From: an uncultured Gemmatimonadaceae bacterium
Lineage (GTDB): Bacteria > Gemmatimonadota > Gemmatimonadetes > Gemmatimonadales > Gemmatimonadaceae
Assembly (NCBI GenBank): GCA_963781585.1
Contig: CAWAGQ010000013.1
Span: 32,001-96,000 of the forward strand
Direction of reading: 5' to 3'
DNA: 64,000 nucleotides
Below the pieces are notes generated by a model. It was given only the letters and a program-made list of their open reading frames with translations. It was not told where the DNA came from and ran no database searches. Both the position numbers and the translations under genes were made by a program. Each line of letters starts with the position of its first letter. The first letter of the stretch is position 1. Positions 38,998 to 49,100 of the stretch are shown here, in pieces.

Positions 38998-40056
38998 GTG
39001 AATCTGTCGACGCTGCTACAGGTGCCGGCCGAACGCGGCGAGGCGATCCGGCGCATCGCCGGCGCCCTCGATGGCGTACGCACGGTCGGGATCACGACCC
39101 ACATCAATGCGGATGGAGACGCCTGCGGATCGGTTGCCGCCATGGCGCGCTTGCTCGCACAGATGCATCGCACGCCGGTCGTGGTCAATCCCACTCCCTG
39201 GCCGCTCCTGTTCAACTTTCTGCTCGGCAGCGATGTCAGCGACCGCAGCGCGGAGGGAGCCGCCGCCCTCTCGCGTGTGGACGCCGTGGTTGCGCTGGAC
39301 GTGAGCGACATGAAGCGGCTGGGCGGTCTGGCAGCCACCGTGCGCGCCGTGCGGGTACCGCGCATCGTGATCGATCACCACATCGCGACCGACGAGCCTG
39401 CCGGGGACATCATCCTCGCCGACGCCGAGGCGTGCGCGACCGGCGAACTCCTCTACGATTTTGCCGTCGCGACCGGGCTCGAAATCACGCCGGGGGTCGC
39501 CTGCTCGCTGTACTGTGCCATTCTCACCGATACCGGCGGGTTCCGCTACAGCAATACGTCGCCTCGGTGTCATGCGATTGCTGCCGCGCTGCTCGAGCGG
39601 GGCGTCGATCCCGAGTCGATGTACCGCCGGATCTATGCCTCGATGTCACCGGGGCGCCTCCATCTGCTCCGCGATGCCCTCGGGACGCTTGGCGTCGATG
39701 AGACGCACGGCATCGCCTGGGTCTCGGTGACGAATGACGCGATGGAGCGCCATGACGTGAGCGCCGAAGACCTCGATGGGATCGTCGAGCACCCCAGATC
39801 CATCGCCGGCACGCGGCTGGCGATGTTCTTTCGAGACCTCGGCTACGGCAAGGTCAAAGTGTCGTTCCGGAGCACCGGCGATGTGGACGTCAATCAGCTG
39901 GCGCGGCAATTCGGGGGTGGCGGCCACGCCAAGGCGTCCGGGGCACTCGTGGTCGGGTCGCTCGACGAGGTCATGGAGCGCGTGGTGGGCGCGGCCCGCG
40001 AGTTCGTCGGTCCGTCTCCCGGCCAGCCATCCAACGGCCGGCGGTCCGAGAGCTGA
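38998..40056 (+). CDS. nrnA: DHH/DHHA1 oligoribonuclease / pAp phosphatase
   Basis: HINADGD, IDHH, TDTGGF, KVSFRS, GGGGH. Confidence 0.88.
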   Translation: MNLSTLLQVPAERGEAIRRIAGALDGVRTVGITTHINADGDACGSVAAMARLLAQMHRTPVVVNPTPWPLLFNFLLGSDVSDRSAEGAAALSRVDAVVALDVSDMKRLGGLAATVRAVRVPRIVIDHHIATDEPAGDIILADAEACATGELLYDFAVATGLEITPGVACSLYCAILTDTGGFRYSNTSPRCHAIAAALLERGVDPESMYRRIYASMSPGRLHLLRDALGTLGVDETHGIAWVSVTNDAMERHDVSAEDLDGIVEHPRSIAGTRLAMFFRDLGYGKVKVSFRSTGDVDVNQLARQFGGGGHAKASGALVVGSLDEVMERVVGAAREFVGPSPGQPSNGRRSES

Positions 40057-40100
40057 GGCTCGACTCAGAACGCGCTGCGGCGCGGGAGTGATCTCGACAC

Positions 40101-41225
40101 ATGGGACAGACGCTGCAGGAGCGGATCTCGGTCGCCCTCGGCACGGTGCGCAATGCCCGCACCGGAGCCGATGTGACCTCGTCAGGCATGGTCCGCGACC
40201 TGGCGACAACGCGCGATGGCAAGGTTCGCCTGACGATGCTGCTCGACGCCCACGACGACGCCACGCTGGTGCGCGACGTACGCCAGGCCCTGCAGCGCGT
40301 TGCCGGCGTGAGCGATGTCCAGATCGACGTCCGTGATCCGCGCGAGCTCGAGCGACCTGCAGCCCCCAGGGCGACGGCGGGTCGCGCCCTGCCGGTCATG
40401 GACGATCGGCCGGCGCCGCAACGCCCGGCCGCGCCCACCCCCGTCCTGTACCCGAATCTCGGCCACGTCCTCGCCGTCTCGAGCGGCAAGGGCGGGGTGG
40501 GGAAGTCGACGGTGGCGGTGAATCTCGCCGTCTCACTGGCGCAACGTGGCGCTCGGGTCGGCATCATGGACGCGGACATCTACGGTCCGGACATCCCCCG
40601 CATGCTCGGCGTCAATGCGCCGCCCGCGGTCGTGAACGAACGCATTATTCCGCTCGAGGCCCACGGTGTGAAGGTGATGAGCCTGGGGTTCCTCATCGAG
40701 CGCGACCAGCCGGCCATCTGGCGCGGCCCGATCGTGATGAAGATCGTGACGCAGTTCCTGCGCGACGTGCAGTGGGGCGAACTCGACTTCCTGGTCGTGG
40801 ACATGCCACCCGGCACCGGCGACGCCCAGCTCTCGCTGGTGCAGGCGACGCAGGTCCGTGGCGCCGTGATCGTGACCACGCCCCAGGACGTCGCGGCCGG
40901 CGACGCCTTGCGGGGCGCCAAGATGTTCATGCGGGTCGGCGTCCCGGTGCTCGGCATCGTGGAGAACATGAGCTGGTTCGAGTGCCCGCACTGCGGTGCG
41001 CCCACTCCCCTGTTTGGAACGGGAGGTGGACAGGGGCTCGCGGATGAGCTGGAGTTACCCCTCCTGGGGAAAATTCCGCTCTATCCCCGCGTCATGGCCG
41101 GCGGGGACTCCGGCAATCCGATTGTGCACGCCGAACCCGAATCGAGCGCCGCCCGCGAACTGGGGCTCATCGCGGATCGGATCCGTGAGTCGCTGGGAGC
41201 GCCGGTGCGCGTGTCGCACGGCTGA
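40101..41225 (+). CDS. mrp: Mrp/NBP35 (ApbC) Fe-S carrier ATPase
   Basis: SGKGGVGKST, DADIYGP, DMPPGTGD, ENMS...CPHC. Confidence 0.93.
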   Translation: MGQTLQERISVALGTVRNARTGADVTSSGMVRDLATTRDGKVRLTMLLDAHDDATLVRDVRQALQRVAGVSDVQIDVRDPRELERPAAPRATAGRALPVMDDRPAPQRPAAPTPVLYPNLGHVLAVSSGKGGVGKSTVAVNLAVSLAQRGARVGIMDADIYGPDIPRMLGVNAPPAVVNERIIPLEAHGVKVMSLGFLIERDQPAIWRGPIVMKIVTQFLRDVQWGELDFLVVDMPPGTGDAQLSLVQATQVRGAVIVTTPQDVAAGDALRGAKMFMRVGVPVLGIVENMSWFECPHCGAPTPLFGTGGGQGLADELELPLLGKIPLYPRVMAGGDSGNPIVHAEPESSAARELGLIADRIRESLGAPVRVSHG

Positions 41226-41250
41226 GGAGGCCCGGTCGGGGCGTTCGACA

Positions 41251-41349
41251 AGTCAGCCAATCAGTCGCAAGCTTCCAGCCACCAGCAAGAAGTCTCAGCA
41301 GCCAGCTCTCAGTCAACAGCTCTCGGTTCTGCGTCGTCAGCCATCAGCT
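41251..41349. repeat. Degenerate heptamer tandem array (NNYCAGY)
   Basis: AG dinucleotides at 41263, 270, 277, 284, 291, 297, 304, 311, 318, 339 and 346, a 7-nt period. Confidence 0.6.
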
Positions 41350-41364
41350 CCCTCGGTCCTCCCC

Positions 41365-42111
41365 TTGCCCGTCATCACTCTCCTCACCGATTTCGGCACC
41401 GCCGATGGATACGTGGCGCAGATGAAGGGCGTCCTCGTGACCGGTGCGCCGGGAGCGGTAGTGGTAGACCTGTCCCATGAGATTCCGCCACAGGACGTGG
41501 AACTCGCCCGACTCGCCGTCGCCCGCTATTGGCGCTGGTTTCCGCCGGGCACTGTCCATCTGGTCGTTGTTGACCCGGGGGTAGGAAGCGCTCGCGCCGC
41601 CGTGGCCGCGGCGAGCGACGGCCGGTATCTGGTGGGCCCGGACAACGGCGTGCTTTCGCCGGCGCTGCTGGTGCCGGGCGCGCGCGCGGTCGCCCTCGCG
41701 ACTCCCGCCGGGGCGTCGCCCACCTTTCACGGTCGCGATGTCTTTGCACCGGCTGCCGCGGCCCTTGCGCGAGGGATCGACCTCGAGGCGTTAGGCGCGC
41801 CGTTCGCGGAGCCGTGCATCCGCCGCACACCCGAGCCCATCCGCGAACCCGACGGCGGGCTCCGGGGAGAGGTCATCGCCCTCGATCGCTTCGGCAACGC
41901 GGTCACCAACCTGGCGGGCGTACGCGGGGGTATCGTGTCCGCGGGTTCGCGCCGCATCCCCGTGCGGCTCACCTACGTCGAGGTGCCGGTGGGTGAACTG
42001 CTGGCGCTGGTCGGCTCGTCGGGGCTGCTGGAGATCGCCCGGCGCAACGGCAGCGCCGCCGCCCTGGGCGTCCAGCGCGGCACAGTGGTGCGCTGGCATC
42101 CCGACGGCTAG
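41365..42111 (+). CDS. SAM hydroxide adenosyltransferase / chlorinase-fluorinase family (DUF62)
   Basis: ITLLTDFG..D.YV, VVDPGVG, GPDNG, TFHGRDVF, DRFGN. Confidence 0.9.
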   Translation: MPVITLLTDFGTADGYVAQMKGVLVTGAPGAVVVDLSHEIPPQDVELARLAVARYWRWFPPGTVHLVVVDPGVGSARAAVAAASDGRYLVGPDNGVLSPALLVPGARAVALATPAGASPTFHGRDVFAPAAAALARGIDLEALGAPFAEPCIRRTPEPIREPDGGLRGEVIALDRFGNAVTNLAGVRGGIVSAGSRRIPVRLTYVEVPVGELLALVGSSGLLEIARRNGSAAALGVQRGTVVRWHPDG

Positions 42112-42147
42112 GCCGCACCGCCGGGACGATCGCGCGTTCCGGACCTG

Positions 42148-43272
42148 CTACGCGCGCTGGCCGCGCGTCGCGGCGGGCGTAGGTCGTCGCGCGGCCACCA
42201 CTCCCGTCACCGGCGTCGGCGTCAGCCAGACAGCCATCTCGTCGCTCACGGGTCGAGGGCGCGCTGCATCACGACGGGTACCTGCGCGCGAGAGAATCGC
42301 CGCGCCCAGTCCCGCGGTCGCCGCAACATAGGTGATTGCGAGCGCCAGAACCCGTCCGATGCCACTCAGCAGCGGTGACCATTGCAGCAGTGCGGCCGCC
42401 ACCCACATGCCGAGGTAGAGCAGGATGCCCAGCACCAGCCCCCTGAGCGCGCTGCCGCCCGCCGACAAGCGCCTGGACCGTCCCGGCCCGATGCTGCCAC
42501 CAGTCAACCGGGCCATGGCGAGGAACCCCAGCGTGACCAGTCCCGCCACCGCCAGCAGGTAGGCCACGACGGCGAACGGGATCAGCAGAATACCGACCAC
42601 CGTGACAGTGAGCGCGATCAGCAGCAGTGCCAGTACCGGGCCGATCCCGAGCTCTCCCGCCACCCCCACCAGAAAGGAACGCCAGAAGCTCTGTTCCAGG
42701 ACGTCCGTCACGCCCGCGAGATAATCGCCGGCAAAGGCGTGGACGCCGATGCCGATCAGCAGCACGATCACCAGCCAACCTAACGAGAGATTGAGCGCGC
42801 CCTGGGTCGAGAGCCGCGCGGCGCGGCGCTCGGGCGTCAGCCCCAGCCGCGCTCCCAGGGTGGCCGAGATCGACCGCTGGGCGCCTGCCACCGTACCGGA
42901 CGGGGCGCGAACCGCACCGAACGCCGCGATGGCGTCACCCGTCACGCGTCCACCGTCCTCCACGATCAGGTTCCCGGCGATGACGACTGCCGTGCCGACG
43001 ACCGTGCCCCGCACCCGCAGATCGCCCAGCGCCACCACCACCGGACCCTTTACGGAATCGCCGGCCGGGATGACCCGGCCACCGAACCCGATGGTGTCCG
43101 ACCCCACCTTCCCGCTGTCGGGCGATTGCATCGATATCCCCGACGAGTCCGGCGCGTGACCGGCGGCCCCATCCTGCCCGGCCGTCGTGGCGCCTTGTGC
43201 ACTCCCCTCGACCGAGAGGATGCTCAGGGCGACCATCGACGCGACGGTAACCACATGAACCGTCGCGCGCAT
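42148..43272 (-). CDS. Membrane protein with a bactofilin-like beta-helix repeat
   Basis: Signal peptide, GDLRVRGTVVG..V..GNL..EDGGRVTGD repeats, C-terminal TM helices. Confidence 0.65.
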   Translation of the reverse strand: MRATVHVVTVASMVALSILSVEGSAQGATTAGQDGAAGHAPDSSGISMQSPDSGKVGSDTIGFGGRVIPAGDSVKGPVVVALGDLRVRGTVVGTAVVIAGNLIVEDGGRVTGDAIAAFGAVRAPSGTVAGAQRSISATLGARLGLTPERRAARLSTQGALNLSLGWLVIVLLIGIGVHAFAGDYLAGVTDVLEQSFWRSFLVGVAGELGIGPVLALLLIALTVTVVGILLIPFAVVAYLLAVAGLVTLGFLAMARLTGGSIGPGRSRRLSAGGSALRGLVLGILLYLGMWVAAALLQWSPLLSGIGRVLALAITYVAATAGLGAAILSRAGTRRDAARPRPVSDEMAVWLTPTPVTGVVAARRPTPAATRGQRA

Positions 43273-43273
43273 G

Positions 43274-43864
43274 TTACGACCTCCGGCGACGGGACGGCGC
43301 GGTAACCGCGCGCAGCGAGACGGCGGCAACGAGAACCAGCCCAATGAAAACGGAGGCGCCAACCAGCGCGGCGACCGTGGAGCTCCCACCCAGCGTCGAT
43401 GTCACGTTGTGACCGAAGGTCGACGACAACAGACCGTTTACCACGTCGATCACCGAGGCGCGCGCGCGCTGTGTGACCAGGCTCACCAGAAAGAGCACGG
43501 CATCCAGTCGCCCCACCGCCCAGATCGTCGCGGCGGTGAACGTGAGTGCGACGAGCCCGGCGGCAGAAGCTGCGAGCGCCCGCACCGGCCCGGAGTGCGG
43601 CACGAAACGCCGCGCCGATTCCAGCGCCGCAACGTGCCAGGGTTCGAAAACCTGCACGTCACGCATGACGTGGTACGCAAACAACGGAGACGGCGACAGA
43701 TGGGGCAGTCGTTCGAGCGCCGCCACTGTCCCACGCCGCTGGTCCAGCCCGGCGCGGCATGTCGGACAACTCTCGACGTGCCCCATCAGAGGTGCAACGC
43801 CAAAACCCTCCTCGCCATCGACGAGGAGATCGAATTCATCAGGAAGGAGATGCCGATGTTCCAC
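43274..43864 (-). CDS. Zinc-finger (ZAS) anti-sigma factor, RsiW-like
   Basis: H...HVESCPTC motif plus TM helices, downstream of the ECF sigma gene. Confidence 0.8.
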   Translation of the reverse strand: MEHRHLLPDEFDLLVDGEEGFGVAPLMGHVESCPTCRAGLDQRRGTVAALERLPHLSPSPLFAYHVMRDVQVFEPWHVAALESARRFVPHSGPVRALAASAAGLVALTFTAATIWAVGRLDAVLFLVSLVTQRARASVIDVVNGLLSSTFGHNVTSTLGGSSTVAALVGASVFIGLVLVAAVSLRAVTAPSRRRRS

Positions 43865-43883
43865 AATGCCTCCAGGGGCTCTT

Positions 43884-43910
43884 TACGGCGGGTTCCGTAT
43901 GAAGGTTTCG
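43884..43910 (-). promoter_or_regulatory. SigW-type ECF promoter candidate
   Basis: Minus strand CGAAAC-N17-CGTAA, just upstream of the GGAGG RBS of the anti-sigma gene. Confidence 0.5.
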
Positions 43911-44047
43911 GTGGGTCGGGTTGCGCATTCCCAATACAGGTCGGAGCGAACGCCTCCCCGGGAGCGACCAATCCGTGGCAGCCAACACGCCCTGGTCCGG
44001 CGGAGCTGCAATCGCCCTCCCTGCCGGGGCACGGCGCATTCGACGGT

Positions 44048-44650
44048 TCATGTGCGCTCTTCCTCCAGGGCGTCACGCAACTGGTGGCGGGCGCGGTGGA
44101 TGTAGGTCTTGACGGTGCCCAACGGGAGATCGAGGGTGGCCGCGATCTCCTCGTACGAGCGCCCCTCCACGTGACGGAGCAGTATGCACGACCGGTACTC
44201 GGGGCGGAGCGCCGCAATCGCGCGCTCGATGGCGCCGCCCAGTTCCCGGGCCTCGAGTTCGTCCAGCGCCGACTCCTGGCGGGCAACCACATCGAAGCGC
44301 GTGGCCTCCACTTCGGCCGCGGTCGCGGCATGGGGAGACCCATCGATCGACACCGTGTCGATTTGACGCTTCCGCAGGTGATCGATCGCGACGTTGTTCG
44401 CGATCTTGAAGAGCCAGCTGGAGAACTTGAACTCCGCACGATACCGGTCGACGTTGTTCAACACCTTGATGAAGGTGTCCTGCGCCAGGTCCTCGGACGT
44501 CTCGCGATCGCGCACCATGCGGAAGATCAGCGAGAACACCGGTCGCTCGTAACGCCGGATCAACTCTCGGTATGCCGCCTCGCGTCCCTTGCGGGCGAGC
44601 GCGACTACGTCAGCGTCGGGGAGGTTGGTGAGATCGATCAGTCGGGGCAT
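44048..44650 (-). CDS. ECF RNA polymerase sigma factor (SigW/RpoE-like)
   Basis: EDLAQDTFIK, KFSSWLFKIA.N..IDHLRK, SYEEIA...LPLGTVKTYIHRAR. Confidence 0.93.
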   Translation of the reverse strand: MPRLIDLTNLPDADVVALARKGREAAYRELIRRYERPVFSLIFRMVRDRETSEDLAQDTFIKVLNNVDRYRAEFKFSSWLFKIANNVAIDHLRKRQIDTVSIDGSPHAATAAEVEATRFDVVARQESALDELEARELGGAIERAIAALRPEYRSCILLRHVEGRSYEEIAATLDLPLGTVKTYIHRARHQLRDALEEERT

Positions 44651-44773
44651 GTTGCGGGGCACGGGGGCGGCTGCGCCGCAGCCAGCCCTGCAAGAGACCG
44701 GAAGGTATCGAGGCGCGGAAAGGCGGGCCAGCGCGCTTGCTCCACCCTCCGCGGGCGGTCAAGTTTCGCGGCG

Positions 44774-45568
44774 ATGACTCCGACCGGCATCGACGCGGTG
44801 GAAGCGCGAGCGGCTGCGGCGGGTGGAGCGGGGAAGCGAGCCTTCGTCCGCCGGCTCTTCTGGGAGATCGCGCCGCGCTACGATCTCCTGAACCATCTGC
44901 TCAGCTTCAATATCGATCGCCGTTGGCGCCGGTTGGCGATCCGGGAGCTCGTCTGGTGGGACTGCCCGGCCGGCACCTACATCGACCTGTGCGCCGGAAC
45001 GCTCGACGTGGCGGGCGAGCTGGCGCGCCAGCCCCGCTTTCAGGGCATGGTGCTCGGAACGGACTTCGTCGAACGCATGCTCCAGCAGGGGCTTCACAAG
45101 GCCCCTGCCAAGTCGCTCGCTCCCGTCGTGGCCGACGCGCTGGCTCTGCCGCTGCCCGATGGCGTGGCGGCGGGGGCGATCGTGGCGTTTGGCGCCCGTA
45201 ATCTCGCTGATCTGGATGCCGGGTTGGCGGAGGTCTATCGCGTCCTCGTCCCCGGCGCCCGATTCGTGATCCTCGAGTTTTCCACGCCACGGGATCGCCT
45301 GGTGCGGGCCGCGTATCATGCCTACTTCCATCACCTGCTACCGGCCATCGGTGGCCTGGTGTCCGGGAATGGTGCGGCGTATCGGTATCTTCCCGAGTCC
45401 GTGGCGACCTTCCCCGAGGCGGAGACGCTGGCGAATCGAATGCGCGAGGCCGGATTCAGGCACGTCCGTTGGCGCTCCCTGACGTTCGGGGTCGCCGCAA
45501 TCCACGTGGGTGAGAAAGACGGGCCGGACCGAGCCCCGGCGCCGGGCAGACAGGCGGCGCACGCATGA
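44774..45568 (+). CDS. menG: Demethylmenaquinone methyltransferase
   Basis: IAPRYDLLNHLLSF.ID..WR, DLCAGT, AFG.RN, Y.YLPESV. Confidence 0.88.
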   Translation: MTPTGIDAVEARAAAAGGAGKRAFVRRLFWEIAPRYDLLNHLLSFNIDRRWRRLAIRELVWWDCPAGTYIDLCAGTLDVAGELARQPRFQGMVLGTDFVERMLQQGLHKAPAKSLAPVVADALALPLPDGVAAGAIVAFGARNLADLDAGLAEVYRVLVPGARFVILEFSTPRDRLVRAAYHAYFHHLLPAIGGLVSGNGAAYRYLPESVATFPEAETLANRMREAGFRHVRWRSLTFGVAAIHVGEKDGPDRAPAPGRQAAHA

Positions 45569-47046
45569 GCATCGACTCGATCCAGGACTTCATCGCACTC
45601 CTCGAGCGTGAGGGAGAGCTGCGTCGTGTGAGCGTTTCCGTCTCGGCGCGCCTGGAACTGGCCGAGATCGCCGATCGTGTGATGAAGCAGCCCGGCGGCG
45701 GCCGTGCGCTGCTGTTCGAGCACGTGCTGCTGAACGACGGCACGCGCTCACGGTATCCGGTGGCGATCAATCTCTTCGGGTCCAGCCGCCGGATGGCGAT
45801 GGCCCTCGGGGTGGCCGATCTCGACGAGGTTGGAGCGCGCATCACCCGCCTGCTCGACCTGAAAGTGCCGCAGGGAATTCTGGGCAAGCTGGCACTGCTT
45901 CCGCGCCTGCTCGAAGTCGCGAAGTTCCCCCCGCGCCGGCGCAGCGGGACACCTGCCTGTCAGGAAGTCGTGTGGCGCGGTAGCGACGTGGATCTCACGC
46001 GCCTCCCGATCATCACCTGCTGGCCGGGCGACGGCGGCCCGTACATCACGCTGCCGATGGTCATCTCGGTCGACCCGAAGCGGGGCATTCGCAACGTCGG
46101 GATGTATCGGGTGCAGGTCCTGGAGCGCGACTCGCTGGCCATGCACTGGCAGCGGCACAAGGTCGGCGCCGCGCACTGGCGCGAGATGGCGGCGCGGGGG
46201 GAGAAGATGCCGGTATGCATCGCGGTCGGCGCCGACCCGGCCTCGGTCTACGCCGCCTCCGCGCCACTCCCGCCTAACGTCGACGAATTCCTGTTTGCCG
46301 GCTTCCTGCGGCAGGCGCCGGTCCCGCTCGCGCGCGCCGTCACCTGCGAGCTGGATGTGCCGGCCGACGCCGAGTTTGTGATCGAGGGCGAAATTGATCC
46401 CGCCGAACCGCTGGTCACCGAAGGGCCGTTCGGCGACCATACTGGCTTCTATTCGGAGGCCGATCTGTACCCACGCGTCCAGGTGAAGGCCGTCACCATG
46501 CGGCGCGACCCGGTCTACGCCACCACCATCGTGGGGCGTCCGCCCATGGAGGACTTCTATCTCGGGCACGCCACCGAACGGATCTTCCTTCCGCTGCTCC
46601 GGCTCACCGTGCCCGAGATCGTCGACTACCACATGCCCGCCGAAGGGATCTTCCACAACCTCGTCTTCGTCTCGATCGACAAGCAGTATCCGGGACATGC
46701 CTACAAGGTGATGAACGCGCTCTGGGGGGCCGGCCTGATGTCCCTCGCCAAGCTGTTGGTGGTCCTGGACAAGGACGTCAACGTTCGCGATCCCCACGAA
46801 GCGTGGTGGATCGCGCTCAATCACATCGATCCCGAGCGGGATGCGCGTTTCACCATGGGACCCATCGACGTCCTCGATCACTCCAGTCGGGCCTTCACCT
46901 ACGGATCGAAGATGGGATTGGACGCGACCCGGAAGTGGCCTGAGGAAGGGTTCACCCGGGCCTGGCCCGATCGCATCGTCATGGACGCCGCCACCCGGGC
47001 GCGCGTCGACGCACGCTGGGGGGAGCTTGGCCTCGCCGACCGCTGA
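45565..47046 (+). CDS. ubiD: UbiD-family menaquinone biosynthesis decarboxylase (MqnL)
   Basis: WPGDGG.YIT, RNVGMYR, EGPFGDHTGFY, GRPPMED. Confidence 0.92.
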   Translation: MSIDSIQDFIALLEREGELRRVSVSVSARLELAEIADRVMKQPGGGRALLFEHVLLNDGTRSRYPVAINLFGSSRRMAMALGVADLDEVGARITRLLDLKVPQGILGKLALLPRLLEVAKFPPRRRSGTPACQEVVWRGSDVDLTRLPIITCWPGDGGPYITLPMVISVDPKRGIRNVGMYRVQVLERDSLAMHWQRHKVGAAHWREMAARGEKMPVCIAVGADPASVYAASAPLPPNVDEFLFAGFLRQAPVPLARAVTCELDVPADAEFVIEGEIDPAEPLVTEGPFGDHTGFYSEADLYPRVQVKAVTMRRDPVYATTIVGRPPMEDFYLGHATERIFLPLLRLTVPEIVDYHMPAEGIFHNLVFVSIDKQYPGHAYKVMNALWGAGLMSLAKLLVVLDKDVNVRDPHEAWWIALNHIDPERDARFTMGPIDVLDHSSRAFTYGSKMGLDATRKWPEEGFTRAWPDRIVMDAATRARVDARWGELGLADR

Positions 47047-47998
47047 CCCCCGCTCCCGCGAAGGACAGACGTTCGACGGCGAGTCACGCCTCGTCCGCTA
47101 CGTCAATTTCGTCAAGCTCCCCCACACCGTGTTCGCGCTCCCGTTCGCGCTCGTGGGCGCAACCCTCGCCAGCTACCGCGCGCCGGTATCGTTAGGCATG
47201 GTGGCCTGGATAGTTCTCGCCTTTACCAGCGCCCGGTTCGCTGCCATGGGATTCAACCGGGTGGTGGATCGCGAGATCGATCGGCGCAATCCGCGAACCG
47301 CCGGTCGTGAACTCCCGGCTGGCACCATGGGCGTGCGCGAAGCGTCACTGGCGGTGCTGGCGGCGTCCGCCTGCTTCATCTTCGCCGCCTTTCGCCTCAA
47401 CCCGCTCTGCGGCTGGCTCGCACCGGTCGCTCTGGCATGGGTCCTGAGCTACAGCTACAGCAAGCGTTTCACCCGCTGGTCGCACCTGGTCCTTGGATTC
47501 AGCCTGGCCATCGCGCCGGTGGGCGGCTACCTGGCGGTGGCCGGGCGCTGGGGTTCGCCGTGGTGGATGCTGCTCGCGCTCGCGACTGGGGTGGCGACCT
47601 GGGTGGCGGGCTTCGACATTCTCTATGCCCTGCAGGACCGCACGTTCGATCTGGCCCAGGGTCTCCACTCCATCCCCGTCGCATTTGGCGAGGTCGCGGC
47701 CTTCCGCATCAGCCGCCTCCTGCACGTCGTGGCCATTCTCTCCCTGGCCGCCGTCGGATGGGCAACCGGCGCGGGGATCCTCTACGCCGCAGGCGTTGTG
47801 GTCGCCGGTGGCCTGCTACTGTACGAACATTCTCTGGTCTCGCCGCGCAACACAGCACGCCTCAACGCCGCATTCTTCACGATGAACGGCATCATTTCCA
47901 TTGCGTTTTTCACCTTCGTCTTCGCCGAACGCCTCCTCCACAGGTGGAACCTCGCGGCAGCCGGCATCGAGCATCTGCGCTCCGCGGTGCTGCCGTGA
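47027..47998 (+). CDS. ubiA: UbiA-like prenyltransferase (MqnP)
   Basis: VKLPHTVFALPFA, NRVVDREID.RNPRT..R, FDILYALQD. Start approximate. Confidence 0.88.
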   Translation: MASPTADPRSREGQTFDGESRLVRYVNFVKLPHTVFALPFALVGATLASYRAPVSLGMVAWIVLAFTSARFAAMGFNRVVDREIDRRNPRTAGRELPAGTMGVREASLAVLAASACFIFAAFRLNPLCGWLAPVALAWVLSYSYSKRFTRWSHLVLGFSLAIAPVGGYLAVAGRWGSPWWMLLALATGVATWVAGFDILYALQDRTFDLAQGLHSIPVAFGEVAAFRISRLLHVVAILSLAAVGWATGAGILYAAGVVVAGGLLLYEHSLVSPRNTARLNAAFFTMNGIISIAFFTFVFAERLLHRWNLAAAGIEHLRSAVLP

Positions 47999-48609
47999 GC
48001 GATCAACTCCCGGTCGTGCTCGCGATCACTGGCGCCTCCGGGGCACCGTATGCGGTCGAGCTGCTGCGCGCGCTCGCCCAGGTCCGGCAAACCACCTGGC
48101 TGATCGTCTCCGAGCACGGGCTGCGTCTGCTGGCAACCGAAACAGGAATCACCTCACTGTCGATGTTGCGCGATCGCGTCGGCACAACCACCTGGGACGA
48201 TTGCATCAGGACGTTCGATGACCGCGACCGTGGTGCCCTTCCGGCATCCGGGTCGGTGCGCACCGCGGGCATGGTGATCTGCCCATGTTCGATGGGGACG
48301 ATTGCCGCCATCGCCCATGGCACGTCGAGATCCCTCGTCGAGCGCGCCGCCGATGTGACCCTCAAGGAACGCCGGCGGCTGATCGTGGTGCCGCGCGAGA
48401 CCCCGTACAGCCGCATTCATCTGGAAAACATGCTGCAGGTCACGACCGCTGGCGCGATCGTATTGCCCGCGTCACCGGGCTTCTATCACCGGCCGGCGAG
48501 CCTCGATGATCTGGTCCGCTTCGTCGTGGGCCGTGTACTCGACCATCTCGCGGTGCCGCACGATCTGGTGCCGCGATGGGGAGGCCAGAGTCCGCCGGTC
48601 CCGGAATGA
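47995..48609 (+). CDS. ubiX: Flavin prenyltransferase
   Basis: ITGASGA.Y, ASGS, PCSMGT, RAADV.LKERR, PRETP, PGFY. Confidence 0.93.
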   Translation: MSDQLPVVLAITGASGAPYAVELLRALAQVRQTTWLIVSEHGLRLLATETGITSLSMLRDRVGTTTWDDCIRTFDDRDRGALPASGSVRTAGMVICPCSMGTIAAIAHGTSRSLVERAADVTLKERRRLIVVPRETPYSRIHLENMLQVTTAGAIVLPASPGFYHRPASLDDLVRFVVGRVLDHLAVPHDLVPRWGGQSPPVPE

Positions 48610-49091
48610 GTCGGCACCTGATCGGGCTCATCGCCGACACGCACGGGCTCGTGCGGCCCGGGGTGCATCGGGCGCTCGAAGGCGTTGAGGTGATTCTGCA
48701 TGCCGGCGACGTGGGTGGCGAGGAAGTGCTCGCCGAGCTCTCGGCGATTGCTCCGGTCCGCGCGGTTGCCGGCAACACGGATGCCCCCGGCGCCTCACAA
48801 CTCCCGTCTGAACTGATCCACAATGCCGGAGAGCTCTCAATTCACGTGAGCCACGGTCATGAGTTCGGCTCCCCCACCCCTGAGAAGCTCATTGCGCGCT
48901 ACGACAACGACGTCATCGTGTATGGACACACTCATGAGCCCCGGCTCCAACGCGTTGCGGGTCGCCTGGTGGTAAACCCCGGCGCCGCGGGTCCGGCGAG
49001 GTTTCGCGTGGTTCCCAGCGTTGCCCGCCTCCTGATCGATCACGCTGAGGCGGACGTCGAGTTCATTTCTCTGACAGGCGATGACGGCTGA
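48606..49091 (+). CDS. YfcE/MJ0936-family metallophosphoesterase
   Basis: ADTHG, HAGD, GNTD, HGH, GHTH, NPG. Confidence 0.88.
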   Translation: MSRHLIGLIADTHGLVRPGVHRALEGVEVILHAGDVGGEEVLAELSAIAPVRAVAGNTDAPGASQLPSELIHNAGELSIHVSHGHEFGSPTPEKLIARYDNDVIVYGHTHEPRLQRVAGRLVVNPGAAGPARFRVVPSVARLLIDHAEADVEFISLTGDDG

Positions 49092-49100
49092 CACACGCCC

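Noticed and set aside
41365..42111. Halogenase (fluorinase/chlorinase) natural-product locus
   Set aside because: The context is housekeeping with no biosynthetic cluster. Most DUF62 members are SAM hydrolases.
43271..44773. Long Arg/Ala/Gly-rich shadow ORFs (e.g. upstream part of 43271..45568, 9058..10962, 22019..23443, 61581..63134)
   Set aside because: They are alternative-frame or antisense shadows of well-supported genes, typical of high-GC DNA.
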